From: Spirochaetota bacterium
Lineage (GTDB): Bacteria > Spirochaetota > UBA4802 > UBA5550
Reading direction: 5' to 3'
NCBI GenBank assembly: GCA_025457915.1
Contig: JALOTL010000002.1
Span: 13,692 to 77,691, forward strand
Length of the DNA stretch: 64,000 bases
In this document: positions 48,711 through 58,618 of the stretch, in pieces
Layout of the letters: every line of letters begins with the position of its first letter
How positions within the stretch are numbered: position 1 is the first letter of the stretch
Translations under genes and position numbers: made by a program
The notes under the pieces: model-generated
The model's database searches: none
What the model was told of the DNA's origin: nothing
What the model saw: the letters and a program-made list of their open reading frames with translations, nothing else

Positions 48711-49550
48711 ATGATGCGGCTTTCTGAAATCCTGGCGGCCGGGGCGGACCGCCTCAGGAACTCCGGAATACCGAGCCCGGTCCTTGATGCCGAACTGCTC
48801 GCCGCACACGCCATGGGAAAAGACAGATTTCAACTCGTAATGGACGGGGACATTGAACTGCCGCCCGGTGACGTGTCCAGGATAAACGGTTTGCTGAAAA
48901 GAAGGGAATCCTTCGAGCCGGTGGCCTATATCACCGGAAGAAAGGAATTTTATTCCATTGATTTCATGGTGGACAGCAGGGTCCTCATCCCGCGGCCCGA
49001 AACGGAACTCCTGGTCGACATGGCGGTTTATTATGCGGGGCTTAAGCGCAGCGTTCTGGATCTCGGGACCGGTTCCGGCGCGATAGCGGTGTCCGTTAAA
49101 AAACAAAGGCCGGACCTTCACGTGACCGCCTCGGATATTTCTCCAGAAGCGATTGAAGTTGCGAGAAAAAATTCGGAAGAGATACTGGGGGAAGGAGAAA
49201 TTGATTTTTACTGCGGCGATCTGTTCGCTCCGCTCGAAGGCAGGGTGTTCGACGTCATGGCTTCGAATCCGCCGTACATCGGGCTGGATAAAAAGGAAGG
49301 GCTTCAGAAAGACCTGGAATACGAACCCGGGATCGCGCTTTTTTGCGGCGACGGCGGAAGGGAAGCCGTGCGCAGGATTATCAATGAAGCCGGAGATCAC
49401 ATCACCGCTGACGGAATACTTCTCATGGAAATTTCTTTCGACATGGAAGATTTCATCGTTCAGTCCGCTTCAGGATCGGGATTCGGGGTTTCTATTCTCA
49501 AGGATTATTCCGGACTGCCGCGCGTGGCAGTGATGAAAAGAAAAAATTAA
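48711..49550 (+). CDS. prmC: Release factor glutamine methyltransferase
   Basis: LIPRPETE, DLGTGSG, SNPPY. Confidence 0.95.
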   Translation: MMRLSEILAAGADRLRNSGIPSPVLDAELLAAHAMGKDRFQLVMDGDIELPPGDVSRINGLLKRRESFEPVAYITGRKEFYSIDFMVDSRVLIPRPETELLVDMAVYYAGLKRSVLDLGTGSGAIAVSVKKQRPDLHVTASDISPEAIEVARKNSEEILGEGEIDFYCGDLFAPLEGRVFDVMASNPPYIGLDKKEGLQKDLEYEPGIALFCGDGGREAVRRIINEAGDHITADGILLMEISFDMEDFIVQSASGSGFGVSILKDYSGLPRVAVMKRKN

Positions 49551-49566
49551 TACAGGCCTTAAGAAA

Positions 49567-50910
49567 ATGACTGCAGTAAACGAAGTGCTTGACGTTTTTA
49601 AAAAGCTCAAAACCTTTTTCGCGATACTGTTTTTTCTTTTAATCGTTTACATCGTTTTCAATCTGAAATTTCAATGGGAAGGCGTATATATAATAGTCAA
49701 TGTATATCTTTATGTCTTTTCATTTTACATGATCTTTAATTTTTCTTCGATCGAGCTTTCCCATTTCAAGGAAGAGTATCAAAGAAAGTACGGGAAAAAG
49801 GGGGTTTATTACCTTTTCCTGCTGTTCAGGGTCGTCCCGTTTTCAATAATATATATAATAACCGTGATTTTCACCCTGATAAGCTACCTTGACAAGTCTG
49901 ATTGGCCGTCGATGCCGATAATGGACCTCCTCGACGGTAAATATTCAAACATACTTTTTTACTCTTTGATACTTCTTGTGATACTCAAGCTTAAAAAAAA
50001 GCCGCAGATAACAATCCCGTTTTTTTTCGGACTTTCGGTCATATATTTCACGATTTACAGGATAGTAATCACCTTCTCTGATTCTACAACCGGTCCCTCG
50101 ATATCTTTTTTAAAGCTGTTCCAGGTCGTTATCGCCCTTTTTTTCCTTATAAATGAGTTTTTCTTCGACAAGAAGAACATTGTTAAATCAATAATCGCTT
50201 CGCTGCTGGCCAGCCTGATAATGTACTCGTCCCTTGTTCTGCTCCTTCACGGCATTTTCAGGCTGTCGGGATTTACTTCTTACAGCCAGACCAAGTCCGC
50301 GGTAATTTTAATGAAAATGGGATATTCATATCCTCTCCCGGAATTAAAAAAAATCGTGATTGAGACGTCCCGAAATGACCTTCTTTTTTATCTCATATAT
50401 TTTTCAAGAAGGTACGACTACAGGTTGAACCTGACCCCGGAACAATGGGGCAATCTCCTGCTTGCGGGCACCATGGAAACCGCGGACGTCATCTCGTATT
50501 ATATAATGTACAAGAACATAAGCCTGCCTTTCGGCAACGTTATATCGTTCGCTGAAAGAAGATCCATTGATTCCGGCAGCAAGCTTGTAGAGGCGCTGGC
50601 TTTCATTAAATACGCTTCAAGATATTATGAAGGCAACGCCGGGGATTTTTTTGAAAGATACGAGAGGGGAAACAGGGAATATAAAATCTGGACCATCAGG
50701 GTGATGGCTGACGCGGGCAGCGTTAATACCGCGCCTTTTCTCTTGAACCTTCTTACCGGCACGGACGAGGTTCTTTCGAAGGAAGCCTACAGGGCCCTGA
50801 GCAGATCCCTTGACGCGGACCCGGTGAAGGACCTCGGGTTAAAGCGGAACAGTCCGGAGGTAATTCTTAGATTTAAAGAAATCTACCTGCGTTCACGCAA
50901 AGGGCTATGA
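49567..50910 (+). CDS. Hypothetical polytopic membrane protein with a helical (HEAT-like) C-terminus
   Basis: About 7 TM helices followed by a helical domain; overlaps the 3' end of nth. Confidence 0.65.
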   Translation: MTAVNEVLDVFKKLKTFFAILFFLLIVYIVFNLKFQWEGVYIIVNVYLYVFSFYMIFNFSSIELSHFKEEYQRKYGKKGVYYLFLLFRVVPFSIIYIITVIFTLISYLDKSDWPSMPIMDLLDGKYSNILFYSLILLVILKLKKKPQITIPFFFGLSVIYFTIYRIVITFSDSTTGPSISFLKLFQVVIALFFLINEFFFDKKNIVKSIIASLLASLIMYSSLVLLLHGIFRLSGFTSYSQTKSAVILMKMGYSYPLPELKKIVIETSRNDLLFYLIYFSRRYDYRLNLTPEQWGNLLLAGTMETADVISYYIMYKNISLPFGNVISFAERRSIDSGSKLVEALAFIKYASRYYEGNAGDFFERYERGNREYKIWTIRVMADAGSVNTAPFLLNLLTGTDEVLSKEAYRALSRSLDADPVKDLGLKRNSPEVILRFKEIYLRSRKGL

Positions 50911-51505
50911 CGGGACAATCCGGGCACCCGGGTTTTCTTGCGGTGCAGATTTTTCTTCCGTGATTGATAAGCGCGAGATGTATACTGATCCACCTGTCTT
51001 CAGGGATCATCGATGTAAGGGATTTTTCGACCTCAAGCGGATTTTCCGAATCAACATAACCGAGCCTGTTCGCGACCCTGATCACATGGGTATCGACGGC
51101 CAGTGCCGGTATTCCGTATCCCATTGCCAGTATTACATTGGCTGACTTTCTGCCCACCCCGGGAAGGCCGGTGAGCTCCTCGAGACTTTTCGGAAGAATC
51201 CCCCCGTGATCGCTGAGGACCTTTTTAGACATCGATATTATATTTTTTGACTTGTTTCTATAGAAACCGGTGCTCCTGATGATGGACTGCACCGTTGACA
51301 GCTTCGCCATGGAAAGGCTTTTGAAATCAGGAAACGTCCGGAAGAGGCGGGGCGTGACCCTGTTTACCTGGACGTCGGTAGTCTGCGCGGAGAGAACGAC
51401 TGAAACCGCGAGCTGGTATAAATTGCTGTAACGCAATGCGGGTTTTGCATCATGATGGTATTCCAGGATCCTGTTGATGATCTTATCGGATAGGGCCTTC
51501 CGCAT
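50873..51505 (-). CDS. nth: Endonuclease III
   Basis: LSAQTTD, LPGVGRKSA, VDTH, C......C..C.....C. Confidence 0.95.
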   Translation of the reverse strand: MRKALSDKIINRILEYHHDAKPALRYSNLYQLAVSVVLSAQTTDVQVNRVTPRLFRTFPDFKSLSMAKLSTVQSIIRSTGFYRNKSKNIISMSKKVLSDHGGILPKSLEELTGLPGVGRKSANVILAMGYGIPALAVDTHVIRVANRLGYVDSENPLEVEKSLTSMIPEDRWISIHLALINHGRKICTARKPGCPDCPVIALCVNAGRFL

Positions 51506-52106
51506 CCTGGCGCTCCATGATTGATTTTAATATTTCCCTCGCACCGTCCAGGGCCCTGGCCCTGTGGCTGATTTTATTTTTTTCGCCCATCGGTATTTCC
51601 GCCATGGTTTTATGCATGCCCGGCAGGTAAAAAACCGGGTCGTATCCGAAACCCATTTCACCTTTCGGTTCATGCGCAATGATTCCCTCGCACTCGCCCC
51701 TTGCCATGTGTATTTCGCCGTCAGGGAACGCGATTGCGATGACGCATACAAACCTGGCGGATCTTTTTGCGTCTTCGATGCCGTTAAGCTCATCCAGAAG
51801 GAGCAGGCATCTTTCCCTGTCGGTTTTCCCGGGCCCTCCGTATCTTGCAGAAAATACCCCGGGCCTTCCTCCCAGTGCGTCAACTGCAAGGCCGGAATCG
51901 TCGGCCAGCGCAGGGAGCCCGGTATGGGCTGATATCTCAAGCGCTTTTTTCCCAGCGTTGCCCTCGAACGTATCCCTGTCCTCCCTCACCTCGGGGGCCG
52001 TCGCGAAAGCCGACAGCGGTATCAGCTCCAGGCCCCCGATCCCTGCCATTTTTTCATTTATCTCGAAGAATTTATTCCTGTTGTTTGTTGCCACGACAAG
52101 CTTCAA
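51483..52106 (-). CDS. rdgB: Non-canonical purine NTP pyrophosphatase
   Basis: ATNN..K, ADDSGL, GFGYDP, KN.ISHR. Confidence 0.95.
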   Translation of the reverse strand: MKLVVATNNRNKFFEINEKMAGIGGLELIPLSAFATAPEVREDRDTFEGNAGKKALEISAHTGLPALADDSGLAVDALGGRPGVFSARYGGPGKTDRERCLLLLDELNGIEDAKRSARFVCVIAIAFPDGEIHMARGECEGIIAHEPKGEMGFGYDPVFYLPGMHKTMAEIPMGEKNKISHRARALDGAREILKSIMERQDAEGPIR

Positions 52107-52284
52107 TGAATTGCCCCGTTATATTTTTTTATTAATAAAAAAAAACATATTGATAAAATAGATAATCAGAAGATAGAATAAATTTGCAATAGATTTTCTT
52201 GCAGGCGGGATAATATTAAAGCCCGTTCCGTCTGAACCGGTATATCCGGTGCGGATTAAACACAGGATAAAAGCTTAATTCGGC

Positions 52285-54333
52285 ATGATATTTAAAAGAT
52301 ACCCGTCATTAAAAAACGCTTATATCTTCATTCCAGAGGTCATACTTTTATTTTATCTCGTCTATGATTTTTTTTATCTCAATTACCTCAACGGCTATTA
52401 TGAGATTTTAATGCTCGCAGTGGTCCTGCTGATTCTCTCGTCAAGGGCGGTAATGTTTTTTTTGGGATACAGCAGGTACAAGACAATGCTGTCGTCAGTC
52501 AGGGACGTCATTAACGATTATAAAAAAGGCAGGTTCATCCTGCAGAAAAAAAAGGTGGCCGGCGATGACCCTCTTTCGATCATCTTCAATGAGCTTCTTG
52601 TCGTCGGCAGGCACCTGGACAGCCTCGTATCGTCGCAGAGGACGGAAATTGAAAAATTCAACGACCTTTACAACAGCGTAATTTTTTCACTAAGCTCATA
52701 TTTCCTGGTGCTTGACGAGGAAGAAAAGGTCGTATCCGCGAATGACGGTTTTTTTAAAAGGTTCCAGTTCGAGCAAAACAAGATAATCGGCAAAAAGATC
52801 GATGAGATTTTTTATTTCGTCAATGCAAGACTCAAGGGGGGGCTCTCGCAGGCAAGGAAGCTCGGGAAGTCCGTGGTGCTTGAAAAGACCCATCTCCTGA
52901 CTCTGAACAAAATTTCCATAATAGCCGACATCAAGATATCAAATATCAGCATCCAGGGCAAAAACCAGATAATAATTATAATAGACGATATAACGAACAA
53001 GCTCAGAAAAGACTATCAGATAACTCTGATGAGCCAGATATCCGAATCCATCCAGAGGGATGCGGAGATAGACAGGATCCTCTATACGATCCTTACCGGC
53101 GTTACTTCCGGAACGGGTCTCGGGTTCAACCGGGCGATGCTTTTCCTGCTCGATCCCGACGGGTTTCTCGGTGGAAAAATGGCGGTGGGTCCGGATTCAT
53201 TCGAAGAGGCAATTGAGATATGGAGCAACATATCAACCAGCACCGGAATTTCCGAGAGTTATGATTTCAAGGATCAGAAAAGCGGCAAGGAGCTGCTTAA
53301 AAAGGTTCTCATGGTAAAATTTCCAATTAACGATGTGAATATTTTCACAAGGTCGATAAAGAACAGGGAGAACATTCACATCGTAGATTCGTGGAACAAT
53401 CCGGATCTTGATGAAGAGATAAAGAAGCTTATGGATGTTAAGGAATTCGTCCTGGTTCCGCTTATAGTGGGCAACAAGGCCATAGGCGCGATAGCCGCCG
53501 ATAATAAATTCAACCAGGCCCCCATAGGCAACGACAGCATTGAACTGCTGTCTATATTCGCTTCCCAGGCGGCGCTTTCCATTGAGAGCTACAACAGCCT
53601 GGACATGGTAAAGAGCGAGATGCAGAAAATCAGCGAAAGGCAGGAGGCCATTGTAGAATCCGAAAAACTGGCGGCCGTGGGAAGGATCGCCTCCCAGATC
53701 GCTCACGAGATCAGGAATCCCCTGGTGACCATGGGCGGCTATGCGAGGAGGATAATGCAGCTGACCAAGGACACCCCGAAAAACAGCGACAAGATAACCA
53801 ATGCCGCATCGATAATTCTCAAGGAGTCCGAAAGGCTGGAAAAGACGCTGTCAAACGTGATGGATTTTTCTAGGCCGTCAAAATTCATAAGGGAATTCAA
53901 CAATATAAACGACATCGTGAGGGATACGGTCGACCTTTTAAAGAACCTGTTCCAGGAAAAAAATATAAATTGCGAACTGGAACTTCAGCCGGACATTCCC
54001 CTGGTCAAGTCAGATTTCAATCAAATGAAGCAGGTGATGCTCAATCTCCTTCAGAACGCCATTGATGCGACCGGAAACGGCGGCACGGTCGTTATCCGCA
54101 CGGTCAGCGACTCCAGGAGCCTTTTTATATATATATCTGATACCGGTACGGGTATAAAGGAAAAGAATCCCGATGCGATTTTCGAACCGTTTTTCACAAC
54201 AAAGGTGACGGGCGTTGGTCTCGGGCTTGCGATAGTAAAAAAGATCATAAAGGATCACGATGGAGAAATTAAGGCGCGCAACAGGGACGAGAGGGGAGCG
54301 GAATTTGAAATCCAGTTGAATGTTCCTGGTTGA
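52285..54333 (+). CDS. Membrane sensor histidine kinase (PAS-GAF-HisKA-HATPase)
   Basis: AHEIRNPL, NLLQNA, DTGTG, FEPFFTTK, GLGL. Confidence 0.92.
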   Translation: MIFKRYPSLKNAYIFIPEVILLFYLVYDFFYLNYLNGYYEILMLAVVLLILSSRAVMFFLGYSRYKTMLSSVRDVINDYKKGRFILQKKKVAGDDPLSIIFNELLVVGRHLDSLVSSQRTEIEKFNDLYNSVIFSLSSYFLVLDEEEKVVSANDGFFKRFQFEQNKIIGKKIDEIFYFVNARLKGGLSQARKLGKSVVLEKTHLLTLNKISIIADIKISNISIQGKNQIIIIIDDITNKLRKDYQITLMSQISESIQRDAEIDRILYTILTGVTSGTGLGFNRAMLFLLDPDGFLGGKMAVGPDSFEEAIEIWSNISTSTGISESYDFKDQKSGKELLKKVLMVKFPINDVNIFTRSIKNRENIHIVDSWNNPDLDEEIKKLMDVKEFVLVPLIVGNKAIGAIAADNKFNQAPIGNDSIELLSIFASQAALSIESYNSLDMVKSEMQKISERQEAIVESEKLAAVGRIASQIAHEIRNPLVTMGGYARRIMQLTKDTPKNSDKITNAASIILKESERLEKTLSNVMDFSRPSKFIREFNNINDIVRDTVDLLKNLFQEKNINCELELQPDIPLVKSDFNQMKQVMLNLLQNAIDATGNGGTVVIRTVSDSRSLFIYISDTGTGIKEKNPDAIFEPFFTTKVTGVGLGLAIVKKIIKDHDGEIKARNRDERGAEFEIQLNVPG

Positions 54334-54462
54334 CGATTATGCGATAAAAAGTTCTTGAAAAACAAAAATTCAGTTATTATCTTTATTGTGTAGACATTGA
54401 AATATGATACATGCCGGGAATGTGGATAGAATTTAAAATATATATCACACGGAGGTAATTTG

Positions 54463-54825
54463 ATGGCGAAATTGCTTATTGTGGAAGATGAACAGCACCA
54501 GAGAGAGCTTTATGCCGTGGAGCTTCAGGATGACGGCTACGAAGTTGACCAGGCCGGGAACGGGAAAGAAGCCGTGGAGATGGTGAAATCAAATAAGTAC
54601 GATTTAGTGATAATGGACATCAGGATGCCGGAAATGGACGGAATAGAGGCTCTCGGTAAGATATTATCGAGGGACAAAAAAATTCCTATCATAATATATA
54701 CCGCATACTCAAATTATAAAAGCAACTTCATGACATGGACCGCGGATGCATATGTCACAAAAACATCCAACCTCAATGAACTCAAGGAAAAGGTCAGGGA
54801 AATTCTTGCCTCAAGAGGCGTTTGA
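54463..54825 (+). CDS. Single-domain response regulator
   Basis: VED, DIRMPEMDG, YT, K; no output domain. Confidence 0.92.
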   Translation: MAKLLIVEDEQHQRELYAVELQDDGYEVDQAGNGKEAVEMVKSNKYDLVIMDIRMPEMDGIEALGKILSRDKKIPIIIYTAYSNYKSNFMTWTADAYVTKTSNLNELKEKVREILASRGV

Positions 54826-54838
54826 ATTAAAATAATAA

Positions 54839-54869
54839 AAAAAGGGGTGTTCAACGAACACCCCTTTTT
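54839..54869. terminator. Bidirectional intrinsic terminator
   Basis: AAAAAGGGGTGTTC-aac-GAACACCCCTTTTT between convergent genes. Confidence 0.88.
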
Positions 54870-54901
54870 AGTAACGTTTTTTAACGTAAGATTAGAGCTG
54901 A

Positions 54902-55150
54902 TTACATACCAAGCTTCTTAACGCCTTTGTCAACGCCTTTGTCGACTGCTTTTTTGATTGCATCTTTTGCAGCACCTTTAGCTGCATCTTTAGCTGCATC
55001 AGCAACTGCTGCTTCGTCTTTCTTTTCGGCAGCTTCTTCAACTTTCTCTTCTGGTTTGGCTTCTTCAGCTTTTTTGCAGCCTACGAATCCGAAGCTGAAA
55101 GCGAAAGCAAAGATGGAGATGATCGCTAAAGTAAAAATACTTTTTTTCAT
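54902..55150 (-). CDS. Small Ala/Lys/Glu-rich lipoprotein
   Basis: FVGC lipobox, TAAGGAG SD, DAAK and VDKG repeats. Confidence 0.82.
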   Translation of the reverse strand: MKKSIFTLAIISIFAFAFSFGFVGCKKAEEAKPEEKVEEAAEKKDEAAVADAAKDAAKGAAKDAIKKAVDKGVDKGVKKLGM

Positions 55151-55284
55151 AAAAAAAGCTCCTTAGATTTAAAATTTTTCGCAAAACTATGATATGGTGG
55201 TAAAAAGTCAATAAAAAATCAACGATAAAATTAAAAAAATTTAAAAAGGTGATTTTTCTTATTAAATCATCATTATTAATGAAT

Positions 55285-55659
55285 TTATTTGAAATATGTA
55301 CATTTTGATGTTTCTGATTCCCATACTGTTATTGATTCCAACTTTACAGCTTCGTTGTTTTCACCAAGGGCATCAGTAAATTTTTCATAAATATATTTCG
55401 CAATATTTTCCGAGGTGGGATTTATTTCGTTAAACGGGGGTATGTCATTGAGGTTTTTATGATCAAGTTCCCCGATTATGCCTTTCAGAATTCTTTTAAT
55501 TTCGTGAAAGTCAACGAGGATGCCTATCCGGTCAAGCCTTTCCCCTTTTACGCTTGCTGCGATCTTCCAGTTATGGCCGTGAAGATTCTCGCATTTTCCC
55601 TTGTAGCCCATCAGCTGGTGCGCCGACGAGAAGTTGTCTTCCACTGTTAATATGAACAT
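55285..55659 (-). CDS. queD: 6-carboxytetrahydropterin synthase
   Basis: FSSAH, CENLHGHNW, DF, LDH, PTSEN, WE. Confidence 0.93.
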   Translation of the reverse strand: MFILTVEDNFSSAHQLMGYKGKCENLHGHNWKIAASVKGERLDRIGILVDFHEIKRILKGIIGELDHKNLNDIPPFNEINPTSENIAKYIYEKFTDALGENNEAVKLESITVWESETSKCTYFK

Positions 55660-55663
55660 TTTT

Positions 55664-56695
55664 TTACACAAATTTTGACAGATTTTTTGCTATGCCTTCA
55701 ATGTCCTTTTTCGTCAGGGTCGGATAAATAGGGAGAGAATAAAGCTTTTTTGAAAGCCTGCCGCTTATCGGAAAATCCTCCCTTTTCAGCCCCAGAAAAT
55801 TATGGAGCCCCCTGACCGGTTGATAAATCTCTATCCCGCATTTCCTCCAGTATTTTTCCACTTTTTCATTCGACGCATCGAACAGAATTGGAAACGACTG
55901 GTACGCGAACCTGTCGCTGAAAGGGACGATTGATTTGTGGGGCGTTATCCTTAGGGCTTCATGGTATATTTTGGCTATTTCCCTTCTTCTGGCAAGGAAG
56001 TTCTGCAGCTTTGAAATCTGGGATATTCCCATTGCAGCCTGGAAATCCGTCATCCCGCAATCGAGACCCGGATGTCCATCATCACCGCCCCTGTTTTCTT
56101 TCATTGATGAATAATTTCTGGAGTTGTTGGTCAGTACCATGCCGCCGTTGCCGGTGGTTATTATCATTGAGGATGAAAATGATGCAACGGTAAAAGCGGC
56201 CTCCCCGCCTGCCGGGACATCGTTGATTTCCGTGCCTATGGCATGGGATATATCTTCAATAACCGGGATCCCGGCTTCGGCGAGGGCTTCCCTGGGGAAA
56301 TGATAGCCGAAGATATGGAAGATTACGACCGCCCTTGTTTTTTCGCCGATGAGCTTTTTTATTGATTCCGCGGACGGGAATAACGAGTTTTCTTCGCAAT
56401 CAACTAATACGGGTTTGGCCCCGGCGGAATCAAGGGCCGCAAGAGGGGCCGGGTGCGTATAATCAGGCAAAATGACCTCGTCCCCGTTTCCGATGCCCAG
56501 GGACTTGAAAACAAGCTGATATGCCGAGGTAAGGGAGCTGGTCACAAGGGAGTATTGCAAGCCAACAAGCCTGGCAAGGGCCGATTCGAATTCCTTTACG
56601 CAGGTCCCGGTCTGCAATTCATCGTTGATAAGGCAATCCAGGACGCCTTCCAGCTCTTTCCTCGTTATGGTCGGTCTTGAAGAAACTATCTTCAT
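55664..56695 (-). CDS. DegT/DnrJ/EryC1-family protein lacking the PLP lysine
   Basis: GDEVI, EDISHA.G, SF...MIITTGNGG, SLPIYP. Confidence 0.8.
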   Translation of the reverse strand: MKIVSSRPTITRKELEGVLDCLINDELQTGTCVKEFESALARLVGLQYSLVTSSLTSAYQLVFKSLGIGNGDEVILPDYTHPAPLAALDSAGAKPVLVDCEENSLFPSAESIKKLIGEKTRAVVIFHIFGYHFPREALAEAGIPVIEDISHAIGTEINDVPAGGEAAFTVASFSSSMIITTGNGGMVLTNNSRNYSSMKENRGGDDGHPGLDCGMTDFQAAMGISQISKLQNFLARRREIAKIYHEALRITPHKSIVPFSDRFAYQSFPILFDASNEKVEKYWRKCGIEIYQPVRGLHNFLGLKREDFPISGRLSKKLYSLPIYPTLTKKDIEGIAKNLSKFV

Positions 56696-56979
56696 AATAT
56701 ATTATTGCGGTCCTTTTTTATTGCAGATATGACCGGCTGGAGAATTTTGGTCGGTTTCATCCTGCATACGGGAATATAAATTGCTTTGAACAAGGCAATA
56801 GTATTCTGCGGGAAAAGGTCAAGAATGTTTTCATGGCGCGGAATAAAAAACCCGTCCGGAATCAAAAATAATTGCAGATGGCCTGGAATGAATCCGATGC
56901 ATAATTCAGAATTTTAAACTTCAGCATTGATTAAGGATTTCCGATAAATTAAGCAGTGAACGTGGTGGAGGTATGTCTG

Positions 56980-57864
56980 ATGTACGCTAAAAGATTGCCT
57001 GTTATTTTTCTTTCTTTTGCGGTGATAAGCCTGCTGGTGACGGGTTGTACCCCGGGCAGGGCCCAGACCAAGAAGAATGCAAAAAACAAAACGGAAATCG
57101 CCCTGGATGAAAATAACGAAGATGATTCCGATACTGTCAATTCCAGGAAAAAAGGAGTCAGGGAGTCTACCCGCAGCAGCGAGGAGTTTGATTTCAATGA
57201 TAACGATTCCGATGGCGAGGAAAGCCCATATAAAAAGGAAAAATTTTACCAGACCGGCAATGCATCCTGGTACGGAAGGGAGTTTCAGGGTAAGCGCACT
57301 GCGTCCGGTGAAAAATTCAACATGAATACAATGAGCGCCGCGCATAAAAAACTGCCTATGGGTTCGGTGGTTGAGGTCAAAAACCTTGATAACGGTAAAA
57401 TCGTAAAGGTCAGGATAAATGACAGGGGCCCATATAAGGACGGCAGGATCATAGACCTTTCGTATGCTGCCGCTAAGAAACTCGGGATGCTTTCAACGGG
57501 AACGGCGTATGTGGGCATAAAGGTAGTCAACAGGGACGATAAATATGCCGGTGAAGGTAAAAAATCCTCAAGGAAAAGGGATATAGAACCTGTCGTGGAC
57601 GATGATTCCGAAGCCGATGTCAAGAATGACAGGAAAGGTGGGGATTACAGGATTCAGGCCGGCGCCTTTTATTCAAAAAGAAATGCTGAAAAACTTAAAG
57701 AAAAAATAGAAGGCCTTACTGATAATGAGGTCGTGGTAGTCCATGACGGCGACCTTTACAAGGTGCGGGTCGAAGGGATGGCCTCCAAAAGGGCCGCGGA
57801 GAAAAGTAAAAAGATACTGACAGAAAAAAACATACCTGCCTATCTGATAGAACAGGGAGAATAG
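56980..57864 (+). CDS. rlpA: Septal ring lytic transglycosylase RlpA lipoprotein with SPOR domain
   Basis: LVTGC lipobox; G.ASWYG, TASGE, AAHK.LP, RINDRGP, RIIDLS; C-terminal IQAGAF. Confidence 0.93.
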   Translation: MYAKRLPVIFLSFAVISLLVTGCTPGRAQTKKNAKNKTEIALDENNEDDSDTVNSRKKGVRESTRSSEEFDFNDNDSDGEESPYKKEKFYQTGNASWYGREFQGKRTASGEKFNMNTMSAAHKKLPMGSVVEVKNLDNGKIVKVRINDRGPYKDGRIIDLSYAAAKKLGMLSTGTAYVGIKVVNRDDKYAGEGKKSSRKRDIEPVVDDDSEADVKNDRKGGDYRIQAGAFYSKRNAEKLKEKIEGLTDNEVVVVHDGDLYKVRVEGMASKRAAEKSKKILTEKNIPAYLIEQGE

Positions 57865-57868
57865 ATCA

Positions 57869-57900
57869 AAAAAGGGCCCTCCATAAGGAAGGCCCTTTTT
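57869..57900. terminator. Intrinsic terminator
   Basis: AAAAAGGGCCCTCC-ataa-GGAAGGCCCTTTTT after rlpA. Confidence 0.8.
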
Positions 57901-58036
57901 GTATATTGATTTGAATTTTAACAGGGAGATCCCGGAAATTTTCATTTCTCATGTTTTTTTATAACCTTCATATATCAAAAAAAAATATTTTTAATTGACA
58001 AAAAAGGGGCGGTTTTTAATATTACACCCTGCCTCT

Positions 58037-58109
58037 GCCCACGTAGCTCAGTCGGTAGAGCATTTGCATGGTAAGCAAAAGGTCACCAGTTCGATTCTGG
58101 TCGTGGGCT
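58037..58109 (+). tRNA. tRNA-Thr(GGT)
   Basis: GCCCACG/CGTGGGC acceptor stem, anticodon arm TTTGC-atGGTaa-GCAAA, T-loop GTTCGATT; TTGACA at 57995 upstream. Confidence 0.93.
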
Positions 58110-58267
58110 CATTATATTTAATGAGCTCACTGCTTTGATCCCATGGGGTGAGATCAAATAGAGGCAAGCGGTTTTTTTCATTAGCGGCCGTCCAGGGGAT
58201 TCCGTGTAAATAGATTCAGCTTCAAATTAAATTTCCATGCAGTCTCATCATAAAAAGGGTTTGTCTT

Positions 58268-58420
58268 ATGCGAGATATAATACTGATGGCGTGCCAGGAA
58301 TGCAAACGAAGGAATTATTCCGTCACGAAGAATAAAAAAAACCAGAGCGGCAAGCTCGAGGTGAAAAAGTTCTGCAAGTTTTGCAACAAGCATACTATGC
58401 ACAAGGAAACAAAGGCTTAG
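58268..58420 (+). CDS. rpmG: 50S ribosomal protein L33 (zinc-ribbon form)
   Basis: Not in the ORF track. [50 protein letters not shown]. Confidence 0.95.
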   Translation: MRDIILMACQECKRRNYSVTKNKKNQSGKLEVKKFCKFCNKHTMHKETKA

Positions 58421-58434
58421 TACCGGGTGACATT

Positions 58435-58617
58435 GTGAACAAGATCCTGCAATTCTTGCGCGAGTCGAAAGAGGAACTGCTGAAGGTTACCTGGCCCGAC
58501 AGGGACGAGGTAACCAGTTTCACCATGGTCGTCCTGATAACCGTAGTTGTAATTTCGGTTTTTTTATGGATGGTCGATACCGGATTGCTTGCTCTTATTA
58601 ATCAGCTGATGAAATGA
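58435..58617 (+). CDS. secE: Preprotein translocase SecE
   Basis: EL.KVTWP plus one TM helix; GTG start at 58435. Confidence 0.92.
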   Translation: MNKILQFLRESKEELLKVTWPDRDEVTSFTMVVLITVVVISVFLWMVDTGLLALINQLMK

Positions 58618-58618
58618 T

